From: Phallusia mammillata
Lineage: Eukaryota
Direction: 5' to 3'
NCBI GenBank assembly: GCA_965637545.1
Contig: OZ281495.1
Coordinates: 26,226,001 to 26,290,000 of the forward strand
DNA length: 64,000 nucleotides
How positions within the stretch are numbered: position 1 is the stretch's first letter; the number at the start of each line of letters is the position of its first letter. Below, piece after piece: positions 1 through 11,666 of the stretch. The position numbers and the translations under genes are program-made. The notes beneath the pieces were generated by a model that saw only the letters and a program-made list of their open reading frames with translations, had not been told where the DNA came from and did not search any database.

Positions 1-67
1 GTTTTGTTTTTCCGGTCTGTATGAACTTGTTTGCAACACATATTAAGCAGTAGTGAAATTTTTGCAG

Positions 68-858
68 CAATTTTCGGATTGGTTCGGAGACCGACAATTA
101 CCGTTTGAACATTTCGGGGTATGTAACGTCATCCACTGCTCCCGATGCGATGTTTCATACAAACAGGGTTAATTTATATCCGAATGGACATCACAACGGA
201 ATGCAATTTAGCACTTACGACAATGACAACGATATCGGGTGAGTGTTGTTTGGTTGATGCAACCTGAAGTGGTAATCCAATTCAGATGATTATTGACAAA
301 GTAAGCATGTCGTAGGGTTTCAATGCAAGGGATAGCAACAGGATAGAGACAAGTTTTCAGTGAAGTCGTAAGACTTAAGACAGGGGTTCTTAACCTGGGG
401 TGCACGCACCCCCAAGGGGTGCGAGAACTGTTCCTAGGGGGTGCGGGGATGCTGAATCATTAAGGTTGGTTAGGTCTATTCTATTTAAGCAATTACAGAA
501 GGGGGTGTTGCCTCTTTTAAGTGTTGCCTTTACCATCTGTTTGTTTTATTCCAATTCCCTTGATCGTCACACTTTTCTAGTATCTAAGTTTTGCTCGCCG
601 CTATTTTTTTGAGGAAGATACACCCGTGTCACCTACTATTAAACTTACTGATATCTAACCATGCCAATGTTTTCACCTAACAGAAGGGTCAATTGTGCCA
701 TCAGCCGGGGTGGAGGCTGGTGGTACGGTCAGTGCGACTGGACGAACCTCAATGCTCTGTGGGGCAACACGTGGCCTTACATTAAGTGGTATGCAGGCGG
801 TCCTGTTTCAAACAAAAAGGCGTTCAGCGCTGTTTCCATGGAAGTCCGGTGTGACTAA
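68..858 (+). CDS. g0: last two exons of a type-C fibrinogen-related (FReD) gene; 5' part lies outside the window
   Basis: Exons 68-238 and 684-858 with AG/GT boundaries. They translate to NFRIGSETDNYRLNISGY...[14 protein letters not shown] / [21 protein letters not shown]...MEVRCD*, which are FReD motifs. Paralogous to the last two exons of g4. Confidence 0.9.
381..530. mobile_element. Truncated hAT/Charlie-type terminus in the g0 last intron
   Basis: Starts CAGGGGTTCTTAACCT and is absent from the paralogous intron of g4 (~36940). Confidence 0.45.
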
Positions 859-1682
859 AGATTAGCTTGCTGTACATTGTGTTGTTTTTTGTTTCGATCA
901 ACAATATGTTCTGCGATGCCTTTGTACAAATACACCTGTCACATTTAATTGAAAAGTCATCGCATAGCAAAGTGGCATTTTTTTGCAGATTTCGTGTGTT
1001 GAAAGGACGACGTTTCGAGTGACTATATTTTAACATGCATAATGGATCACAGATTACCTTTCAGGCTAGCATTGCCGTAATGTGTTGATAATAAAAAACG
1101 CACCTGGGAAAAAAGGAACAATCTCTTTTAGCCGGCTATATCATTAACAGCATGTGACAAGATGTTTGTATTACAGAAGTGGCGTGTTGTAAGCAGGATG
1201 TCTGAACGAATTGGGTTGTGCTGAATATGTCCCTGCTAACCACGCCCAAATTAATTTAACATGTGTGTGGTTAAAAATCGAAATCAATTGACAAAGAAAA
1301 GTTGGTTTGGTATAAGCGGAAAGCATACAATGATAAACACATAAAGTATAAATCATTTACTGCGGTCAATTTAAGTCATTTACAATCGCTTAAAAGTAAA
1401 ATTATTGATTTACATCCAGTTTACTGGCAAGGCTGGTTGAAACAACAGCGGAATGTAGCTTTTTGGCTTATAACTCCTCTGTAAAATTACTGACTTTAAG
1501 ACGGCATAACCCTATTGGATTTGAAGCTTATATTCTTGCTAATTAGTTGAGTGACCTAATTTTGAGTGATGTTATCAACCGGGCCAGAATGTTAGCGGGA
1601 AACGTAGTACTATTTCGTGTTTTCTTTTGTTTGAAGGTAAAACAAGGTTCATAATTTTTCCGAAACAAGGTATTTTCTGATC

Positions 1683-4600
1683 ATGTATCGTTCATCCTGC
1701 TTGAATGTGTACGCGGCGATTGTGTTTATCTGGACGGTTTTCTTCGATGGGATCTCCACCGAATACAATCCTGCAAGTAAGACTAAAACTATAATTGCTA
1801 CTATAAGTTCAGCAATTTGAGGCAACTTGACTCGAGCAATTTGAAATATGGGTATATTTTTTTTTCGTCAAAGCAATTTGGCGCTAGGACTTATATTAAA
1901 ACTATGAATGACCGTTTAAAATCACAGTATTAAAGAATTCCACAAACAAAATTTAAAAAATATTGGAAAAAAGTTGCATTCGACTTTCAGCCCAAGCTGC
2001 AATAACAAAAACCTATAAGCGAAAAAACGTGGTAAACGTTAACCTTCGAAACACGATTTAGGGGCGATTATATATGTCTTTTATTGTGTAGTTACGTGCA
2101 AGACTCGGTTTGCCGACTTGAAGCATTCGATCACGAGCGTGATTTGTCCTGCCAACTGCTGGGAGGAAAATCCATCGTTGTGTGGAAATGGGGTCTACAC
2201 AAGCGGCCCGATATGTCTTGCAGCAATGCACGATCAACGGATTGACAGTGAGTTGAACAATATGTGCAAACAAAGTAAATGAACGCAAACGTCTTGTTTT
2301 ATTTGATTATATCGATGGTGAAGTATCTGACTTTCAAACTCACCCGACGACCATTAGTTAAACTTGTGTATTTTAGATGATGGTGGAGTTGTGACGATTT
2401 ATCGCAGCCCAACAGGAAAAAGTGGGTCTCGATACGGCAAAAAGAGCCAAGGTGTGAAAAGTCAAACATGTGCAAAGGGACAATACGGCTACACGTTTTC
2501 AAGTAAGCGCTTTTTCTTAAAGTCATATAAATAGATTTGAAGCCGAGATTTAGTCGGTTCAAAAACTTTGTTCCCCTGGTTAGTTCATTGGGGTTTGATT
2601 TCTCTTGTGTCGTTTCAACGATATCTGACATCGTATTTGTGTAGTTGTGTAGACGAGAGTTTTGTTAAAACAAAGTTTCTTATCTTGAACTGATTTACCC
2701 CCACCTCTCCCGTTGTATAGAGCATGGCCGAAGGCGTATACGATCACATTAGATGAAAATAGGTGAACGTGGAAATATTAGTCGCTTGCGAAAAAATTTC
2801 TTTCCTTTTGCTAGACAGCCAGTTTGTTTAGCTTTATGAAGCATCAGATCTGTAATCTGTAGCACAAGCCAATTCTGGCTGATAAGTTCCGTTCAAAATT
2901 GTTTACAGATGAAAATTTCTGTCCCAAGTCTTTGTGTCCTCTGAAATAAACGGCCTGTCGCCAAAATTCGTTTTGTTAGCTTCAACGCGACACACTGTTT
3001 TATATTTGTCTCGAATTGAACGACTCACCTAACTGGTTTGGCCTTTGGGACCCATAAACTACAACCACTTCAAAAATCAGTGTGACGTGTAAAATATATT
3101 TCAATTTGTGGTTTGTGGCCCGGAATTGATGCAAAATCATAAGTTTTGCCCCTGCTAGTAAATCCTGTGTCCGAGTTGTTTGTAGATACCGTTTGTGTGG
3201 TGTTTTTCTCATTGCATAAATGATTGACGGTTTCACAAACAAATCAACCGATCATTGTTATTGTTTTCTGCAGTGACATGCAAAACAACTGGCGACTGCG
3301 AATTACCGATTACTCATGTCTACTGTCCGGCGGAATGCAAGGGTGCTTCCTACACCTACAGGAGTGGAAAATATTTCACCAACAGCTCTGTCTGCGCTGC
3401 TGCGAAAAAGCGAGGAACGATTTCAGGTTTGTGGAAAGTCAAAAGGTTGATACATTACTGTAAACACATCAATACGTTGTTATCCAAACAGAGAACCCGT
3501 GTGTCTTCAAGCGTGCTTCCGTCGCGCAGACGTGTTTATCAGCAATGCTACCTGGTACAACAACGGAACATGCATTCAATTAAAATATCGTTTCCAAATT
3601 AGAATAAATTGTAAACTACAGAAAACGTTCTATCTTGGACCATGTACGACGTTGTTATTTCGATTCTAAATTTACTTTGGAAACATGTGGTTTTTTGACG
3701 ATCCCAATTTTTTTGTTGTAGATTGCTTAAACATGTTGTTGTACCAAAATTAGGCACCGTTTACAAAAGAGTTTGTTTTTTACAGACGCTGGTGGCAAGG
3801 TTGTCATCTACGCGATGAAGGCAAAGGCGTACAACGGCACAAATACAACAAACAACGATTGGTTTTCGTTCGATGGTAAATTTAGGATTATTGTGGATGG
3901 TTATTAGCGTAGAATTTAATATAAGGCTCTGTCCTACACAATGTTTCTTTCCAACTTACTGGTAATGGTATGGCTGCTAATAGGATAGGCTTAATTACTG
4001 TTTAAAAAAATAATTACGTAATAACTCGTAAACCGTTTAAAATAACCGACTCTGGTTTGATCAATTGTTCTCGTCAAGTTTCTGGAAGTGGTAAAGTTCA
4101 AATTTACACAATAATTTTTTTAATAACAATTTACCTTTGTCAACTTGACCTGAATTTGAATTTTTTAATACCGAAAGTATTCAGTGAGAATGCAAGTAGC
4201 CCAGCATCCTGCGTAACGATTTTACTGTTTTAGATTTCGATGTGTGCTCCTACGTTAACCCGTGTGGAAATAACGGCACATGCGTCGACTTGCTCGCTGA
4301 TTATGGCTGCATGTGTCCTGAAAAGCACACTGGAAGGAACTGTGAGACCGGTAAGTACATTTTATGCAGTATACCTCGTACGCAATTCTTGATTCTTACA
4401 AAGTATTAACGCAATGAATTGAACAAATGAAAAATTTACTGCGCAATGCATTGATTTGTTATATTTTATTCTTTTCGGCAGAATTGCCTTGTTCCCCGGG
4501 AAGTCAAGAATCTGCACTTGCCGAAAAACTGGAGAGTCTCTGTTCACAAGGATGGACTGTGAGTTATCAACATTCCACTTTACATTTCATTACACTAACG

Positions 4601-6657
4601 ATTGTATTTTAGACGATTCAAACGCGCTTTGATGGAAGGGTTAACTTTAAAAGACCCTGGGAAGATTACAAGACTGGATTCGGAAATCCGTCTGGGGAAT
4701 TTTGGCTAGGTTGGTTTTCACATACACAAGATTTTCAAGTTTTTAAATTAAAAAAATCTCGTTTATCACATGCTTCTGCATACGTAGGTTTGGATAAAAT
4801 CCACGCAATGACCCAATTAAAATCCTGCCGAGTTCGATTCGATTTGACAAACATCGGCGAAGAAGAGACATTTGCCGAATACAGGTGAACAAATATAACT
4901 AACCCCATAAAGCTTCTCTTCTCTAAGGAATGTTTGTACATATAGTTAACGCAGTTACCTAAGGTAAGTTAAATCGTGGATAAAATAGTTGCAATATCAC
5001 AATTTCGGACTATTTGTGACCAAAAGTTCGAAACGTGTTGGCCAATTATTTAATGGGAGAATAGAAAGTTTAATTATTTGCAGTGTCAAAATTTGTAAAA
5101 AAGAATATCAGAAGTGTTACCGAATTTATGTAAAAGCATCGTGCCAATAAATGATAAGCTGCAGATAATGCACATTGTTTCGACCTATAAGGTCTCAGGT
5201 CTCTCTATAGACTATAGTGTAGCCATTCAACGGCACTCCAGTTTGCTGAGAGTAACAGGGCAAAAACCCATGCCTCACCTAGTCTGTGCGATGCCACAAC
5301 TGGGCATACACCCCAGAGAAAACTGGCTCACAATGGCCAAGCAACTGCTTGAGAACCAAAGTGAAGTCGGCTCAGTGTCACAGTATCAATGTAAAAGCAT
5401 CGAGCCATTAAGTGATAAGCTACAGACAGTGCCCAGTGGTGGCATCGCAGTGACTATAGGTGAGGCATGGGTTTTTACCCCGTTACTCCCAGCAAACTGG
5501 GGTGCCGTTGAATGGCTACACTAGCCAATGCGGCCGTTCTCTAGTCACCAGCGGCACTGATGATACCTTGTAGGTCGAAACAGTGTGCACTGTCTGTTAG
5601 CGACTTGTTTTAGTCTTATAAGCCCTACCAATCTGATCTATTCCCCGAGACTGTCTCCCCCATTCAGTAAACGGTCCAGAACCCAACAATAACGGTTCAC
5701 CGCGAAAGCCGGATACACCTAACACTGCTTTTGCTAAAAGGGCGTCTCACAGTTTATTATATTATTAGTTATGTCACGTACAACGTCACACCAACGTAAA
5801 CAAATCAGGTCTCTTTACCTGAAAACTACCGCGGCATGTAAAAACAACGTCAAGAAAACGACCGTACACTAGACGCCCACAAGAAGACTGGCCGTCCATT
5901 AACATCACCGTTGATTAATCACCGGCTTACACATTTTTACAAGGTTGCCCGGTACATCCGGGAGCGACAATCGTGCGTGGAAAAAACATGCAACTTTAAC
6001 AAATAAAAATAAACCAAATGAAAACAGCTTTAGGTGGAAATAAGGGATTAGGTCAAAAATAAGAAAAGATGACTTCAAAAATATAACATGTAAGAAATAC
6101 ATTTAAAGGTGAACATAAGTGAAAAGTCATTTGCATAAGTGAAATATATAAAACGCAAGTGCGACATTTACACCAAATAGCATAAACAGATAAAAAAAAC
6201 GTGTCATAAGTTACAAACAAATCAACAAGAAAATTTACAGCGGCTGACATGTGAAACATTTTCGCCACAGACGTTTTGAAGGCCTTACCACTCCAGAGTT
6301 TAACTTTTTTGCAGGTTTTTCGAAATCGGTTCGGAAAGCGAAAACTACAGAATGATCATATCTGGCTATATGACGTCATCAACTCGTCCTGATTTGATGG
6401 ATTATCATAACGGGATGCAGTTCTCCACGTATGACAGGGACAACGACCTTTATTCGTAAGAATACTGATGTTTGCATTAAATTTCAGCTGAGTTATTTTT
6501 TGTTATTTCCAGTGGCAGTTGTGCGCTTGGTGGTGTTGGTGGTGGTGCTGGATGGTGGTACAGCGAGTGCATTCGTGCGAACCTGAATCGGATTCCCCAG
6601 GCCTATTGGAACCCATCAAAGTTTGACGTTGCTGCAATAAGCATAAAGTGCGATTAA
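1683..6657 (+). CDS. g1: secreted SP-LCCL-LCCL-EGF-FReD protein, open ORF of 430 aa
   Basis: Exons 1683-1776, 2092-2247, 2377-2502, 3274-3426, 3786-3875, 4234-4350, 4482-4558, 4613-4709, 4788-4884, 6315-6455, 6513-6657; all GT-AG, total 1293 nt, no internal stop. Signal peptide [25 protein letters not shown]-like [61 protein letters not shown]. FRe[37 protein letters not shown]. Confidence 0.9.
5130..5630. repeat. Foldback / inverted-repeat element in g1 intron 9 (copies at ~41970-42470 and ~20695-21125)
   Basis: Arms AAGCTGCAGATAATGCACATTGTTTCGACCTATAAGG and CCTTGTAGGTCGAAACAGTGTGCACTGTCTG are imperfect reverse complements. There is an internal direct repeat TGTAAAAGCATCG..TGATAAGCT. Confidence 0.7.
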
Positions 6658-8907
6658 CACGGTTTAAATGTTTGACATCAGCCTGATTTTGTTACTCTTG
6701 TTAGCTTTTAACGGAACGTTTATTTTTTCTTAACGTATCGGACAAAAACAGTTAAAACCTAAACTGAACAACGAACTATCATTACGCTAAAATGATTAGC
6801 GAAAAACACAAGTTAAAAGGTCTTCTCAGATGCAAATGCCATTTCTCAATTCTATGTGTAAACGCGTAATATTTTTGTGTCTGTTGATCCTAAAGCACTA
6901 ATAGACAAAAGTCACAAGATCGTGCTTAAAAAAAAACTTTATTACGCTGTTGCTCCCAAACGAGCGAGTATTTATTGTGTTTATGTATGATATGTGAATT
7001 TCTGTTTCATTTTGCTGTACACACTAATTTCAAATCGAACATCTCATTGCGAATTGTTTATTAAATCTTAATCAATTTATATATATCAGAATATTTAAAT
7101 TATCATTTCGTAATGTTCCAGCCTGACTTTTTTAAGAAAGGTCCATTACGCTGTTGATGCCTTTTTACAAAATACGAACTTGTAAATATGTTTTAAATGT
7201 TCTTGAGCTTAAAACAAAATGCACATTGCTGCATCTTCAATTATCAAGTGGATCCTGCGCTTTATCTTCGCAGTGTGATCCAGATTTGCAAATAAGTCCA
7301 CATTTTAAGCGCAAATGTAGAATAATAAAAATTCAGGCCCTTATCCGGCTGGTTTATCAACAAACGTAAGCCTAAACCTGTTCTGTCCCTTTACAACTCT
7401 GGTGTAAACTATCATTTTAATAAAAACCGGTGTGGATTTTGTCGATTGCTTTTCTTAAAATGTCAGCTTTGCAACTTTTGCTGTGTCACTATATCAACTC
7501 ATGGATGAAAGTCTTTCATGTAAAGAACATAAAACTTTTTTATTGTGTCATTTTATCGTTGTGCATGTGGTGATGTACTTACCGTTCACAAATATTGCTC
7601 TTTTCTTTTAAAACACGGTGATTGCAATTTCTCCGTTTACAAGCTGTTAAAATTGGGTTTTATCACAAGTCGACAACTAACATAATTACCACAAGGAAAA
7701 TAAAGGGATGGAATCAGCTCGACAAATGATAGTTTCACGGTAATATATACGTAACCGCAAAACTCAATTGACAGAAACGTACATTCGATTTGCTCATTTT
7801 GCAGTCCATTCCAGGTCATCATTTATGAATACGATGTGGGGAATCTGACCCAACCCAAAAATACAACAATGTAGTGTGCCTTGTTTTCATTATGAACGTG
7901 CAGATACAGTTCCAAAACGCTCCTTAAACAAAGGGTTGAAATAAGGCCGGTTCATGGAACTAAAGTCTCAATTAAAAAAGAACATCTGTAGTGTTTGTTG
8001 AGTAAAGTCGTGCTTGGTTAAGACGTAAGTAAACTTGTGTTCGGATCAGAATTGCAAAATTCGAACCCAACTCGAAAGTACAAGTCTGGACCCGGAACGC
8101 ATTTCAGGTATATATAGCAACTATAGCTAACTAGGGGGATATTTATGTATATTAGCTTGACCCATTGGCTAAGTGCATTTAACTGTTTTCTGTATAGAAA
8201 ATAAGGTAAATTGATTCATGGAGATTGATTAGGTTAGGTTGGGTTATTGTGTTTCTTAAACACAGAAGAATATGAAGCGTGAAACGTGATGTTAACGGTA
8301 TAGGAATGGTAGAAAGCATGAGATTTCAAATTGTGAAAATACGCACTAAAAGATAAGTCTAGAACTGAAAATGTGACGATGGCGAAATGCAATTTTCTTG
8401 CTATCATGTGACAAATTCATTAAGTCGATATTACGCGAGTATGCATTTTGCAAATATCAGAACTCTATTCTGGAATTTTACTCAACCTAAATTAAACCTA
8501 AAGAATTATCGTTGCGCTCCGTTGGATAACAAAGTCAGTGGCCCAGTCACACAAACCAATCTAATATATTTGTACTGTTTCAATAGAACGATTACTGCAT
8601 GTGAACGAATTTGTTGCAATTCAGTTAAGCTCACTGTACTATAGTACTATGGTGTACGACTGGACAAATCAATCAAATTTGGCGTGCAACCCAACAAGTA
8701 ACATCAAGTAGTCTATCACACAAACTAGAACATTGATATTACGGATGACAATGTAGGGTAAAAAGCTTTCAAAAACTTTAAGGACGCCCAAATAAGTAAT
8801 ATCGTGCCACCGCCAAGTAATTTTTTGAGTAAAACTTTTTACCACTTGAATACCGAACCACGTATTACTTCATTCCACGTTTTAGGAAAACTTAAGTTAC
8901 CGTAGAA

Positions 8908-9342
8908 CAGGGGTCACCAACTCTATGCCCGCGGGCACTCTGTCGCCCGTTGGCCCCTTTTAAGTCGCCCGTTGGACTAGTTCTTAACTAGCAAGGTGCA
9001 TTTGTGGTTTGCTAAAACATGCTGCGTCTTATGTTGATTCTGTTAATGTTCTAAACTTCTAACCACAGCCAATTACTACAAAGTTGGGCGACCATCATGT
9101 CAATTGACTTTTATTAGTAAATGAGAAAATGTTGTATCGTAGGGATCACATAAAACCCTGGTTTTGTGAGCAGGCCAATGATTATACGCGCTACAAATCT
9201 TCAAATATAGGCACTTGTTTACAAATACTTGCTAGCTTTTGTATATGCTTTATAATATTTTAAATATGTTTTCAACTGGTAGCCCTCGAGCTCTTTGATG
9301 ATATTAAAGTAGCCCTCGGCATAAAATGGTTGGTGACCCCTG
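8908..9342. mobile_element. hAT (Charlie-like) MITE
   Basis: TIR CAGGGGTCACCAAC / GTTGGTGACCCCTG. 8-bp flanks CCGTAGAA / CCATAGAA (one mismatch). Confidence 0.85.
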
Positions 9343-9629
9343 CCATAGAAGCTTCAAAAGAATTGAATTTTGGCAAACTCTTGTTTATTGATATTAAAGG
9401 TAAATAATTAGTAAACTTACCATGCTAAAATGATTTGAGACTCGTTGTAGAACTTTGGGAAAATGAAACTAGATGAAAAAAGATATGAGTACTTCTCTAT
9501 GAACAAGCAAATCGTTTGGCGTGCAAACAAAAATCACGTCTAGCCAGGGGTTGCCAACCCCTGATATAGATTGTGATTTGGTGTCTATAGACGGATTTGT
9601 TGTATGGGGATTTTAGGGTTAGAAATCCC

Positions 9630-11270
9630 GGAGAAAAATATGCGGCAATCGCAACGCACAGTCCGAGACCATGTTTTATTTTAAAACAGCTCGAAATGAA
9701 GTTTTCAGCTCAACATCCTAATCCCGGGTAAAAATCCCTGGAAATCCTAAACTCAGCACTTTCTAAATAGTTCCCAAATTAAAACCTACTTGTTTCAAGA
9801 CATTCCAATCGTATTATGGATAATGACATGGGACGATGCGTACTTGCATGCTAGTGTAACAAACCACACGACAACAAATCATCTTATCATAACAAGCACG
9901 TAAACATTGCATCGTGCAGTGAATCGTCTAATCTTCACACCGGACACATGTAACATCACGCTTTAACTGAGCACTTCCTTTGGCTCGCAACTGTATAAAC
10001 TAGCGTACCTTCTCAAGAAACGCCCCACGTTTACAAGCCACGTTGGGTCGCATAATTTATACATCGTTTGTGTGGTTTCGATAATCGCGCTTCACTTGTT
10101 TGAATTTCTAATGATGAGCAAATAGTTTAGCCGCCTTAAGAAAAGCAAATTAAACCCGAAAGCTTGTTTATAGTCAGTTATGTCGCAGCTGTTACACGTT
10201 GTCGCAATGCCTTGCGCAAACGAAAAAAAATGGTGAGAAATACTGGTTAATGCAAGGTTTTCTTCAATTGAACAAAGACGCAACCCGATAAGTGTTATAA
10301 GTTAGGCTCCAATTCCTGGGATTTAAAATTTTTCCTGAATCCGGGATTAGTTTTACTGACACCCGGGAATTGGAATAGCATTGCGACAACGTGTGGCAGC
10401 TGCAGCATACAGCTTCAACTTGTCAAGTAACGCGGTAAACTAAATAGATAGTAAAATAACGATGTGAAAATTGCGGTACATGGCACGTTCGTTCGCGCAC
10501 CCACACAAAAACAAAATTGCTAGTTTCAGTTTGGAAGGAATAATTGTATCTTCATTAAATGTACTTCAACTTGTGAAAATGTGCGGGAATCGCAACGCAC
10601 AGTCCGCCACCATGTTTTATTTTTAAATGAGCTCGAAATGAACTTTTTAGATCAATATCCTAATCCCGGGGTAAAAAAAATCCCGGGAAATCCCGGGAAA
10701 TACCGATCAAAGCACTTTATTAACAGTGGTTCTCGACCGAGGTTCCGCGGATCCCTAGGGGTCTGCAAAGCGTTTCCAGGGTTCCTAATTCGCGCACAAC
10801 GAGATAAATCACAAATTAAAAAAACGGTTGGACGTTTTAAATTTTTTTGGTTAAAACTTGTTTAAAATCGTTCTTCATAGGCTTCAAACCAAGATGCATT
10901 GTAACATTTAAACCCCAGTGTGATGCAACAGACGTAAATCGTTTTTTGGATAATGACATGCGACGAAGGGTACTTGAATGCCAGTGTAACAAACACATGA
11001 GAATCTCATCTTGTCATCAAGAAAACTTACGTGATCTAGCGTTAAGTATCACATCGTGCAGTGAATCGTCTAATTTTCACACCGGACACATGTATACAGC
11101 ACGATTTAACTGCGCACTTCCGTTGGCTTGCTTCCTTTGGCGGGTCACATATTTTAGACATCGTTTGTATGGTTTCGATAATCGGGCTTTATTTGCTTGA
11201 GTTTCTAATAAGCATGGATTAGTTCAGCCGCCTCAGAAAAGCAGATTAAACCTAAAAGCTTCATTTAGTC
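9630..11270 (+). repeat. Local direct duplication upstream of g2 (~9630-10170 versus ~10570-11270)
   Basis: Shared anchors ATCGCAACGCACAGTCCG..CATGTTTTATTTT, GCAGTGAATCGTCTAAT..CACACCGGACACATGTA and TTTCGATAATCG. The second copy is also homologous to the region upstream of g6 (47510-48150). Confidence 0.65.
10724..10800. mobile_element. Truncated hAT/Charlie-type terminus
   Basis: Starts CAGTGGTTCTCGACC and is absent from the duplicated partner segment (~9760). The second TIR was not found. Confidence 0.45.
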
Positions 11271-11666
11271 AGTTTATATTTCAGCGTATTTTATATTAAC
11301 CAATAAACACAGAATGTAGTTGATACAACAACATCACGAAGAATTTATTTGACATCAACACTTACTTTGCTGTTAGCATGAATTTGACTGTCGTTTTTGT
11401 TGAAGGGTAAACCATAAATAGTCTGTTGAAGGGTAAGAGCGTGTAAATATAAAGCCAGTTTGGGTCAATTTCGTGAAGATGTCACATGTTTCCATTAGAT
11501 GTTTACAATTAACCAATGTAGAATTAGCGTTCTTAGTACTAATCTGTTTTTGTTTTAAAGTATTCCAGCCAAAAATTGAGGCTAATGTTTGCATTTGGTT
11601 TGTGTTACTCTTGACCAGACTAGATAAAAGAGATAAACAACTGTTAAGAACTTCACTTGGACGGGA

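Noticed and set aside
5114-5524. 136-aa ORF repeated at 41958-42305 as a conserved nested gene
   Set aside because: It lies in a foldback repeat inside a very recent duplication, the two copies end differently, and no domain is recognisable.
6660-11600. An opposite-strand host gene in the spacers, by analogy with s-Themis enclosing v-Themis
   Set aside because: No PKD/REJ/channel-like exons or frame-preserving conservation were seen between spacer copies. A host gene with exons outside the window cannot be excluded.
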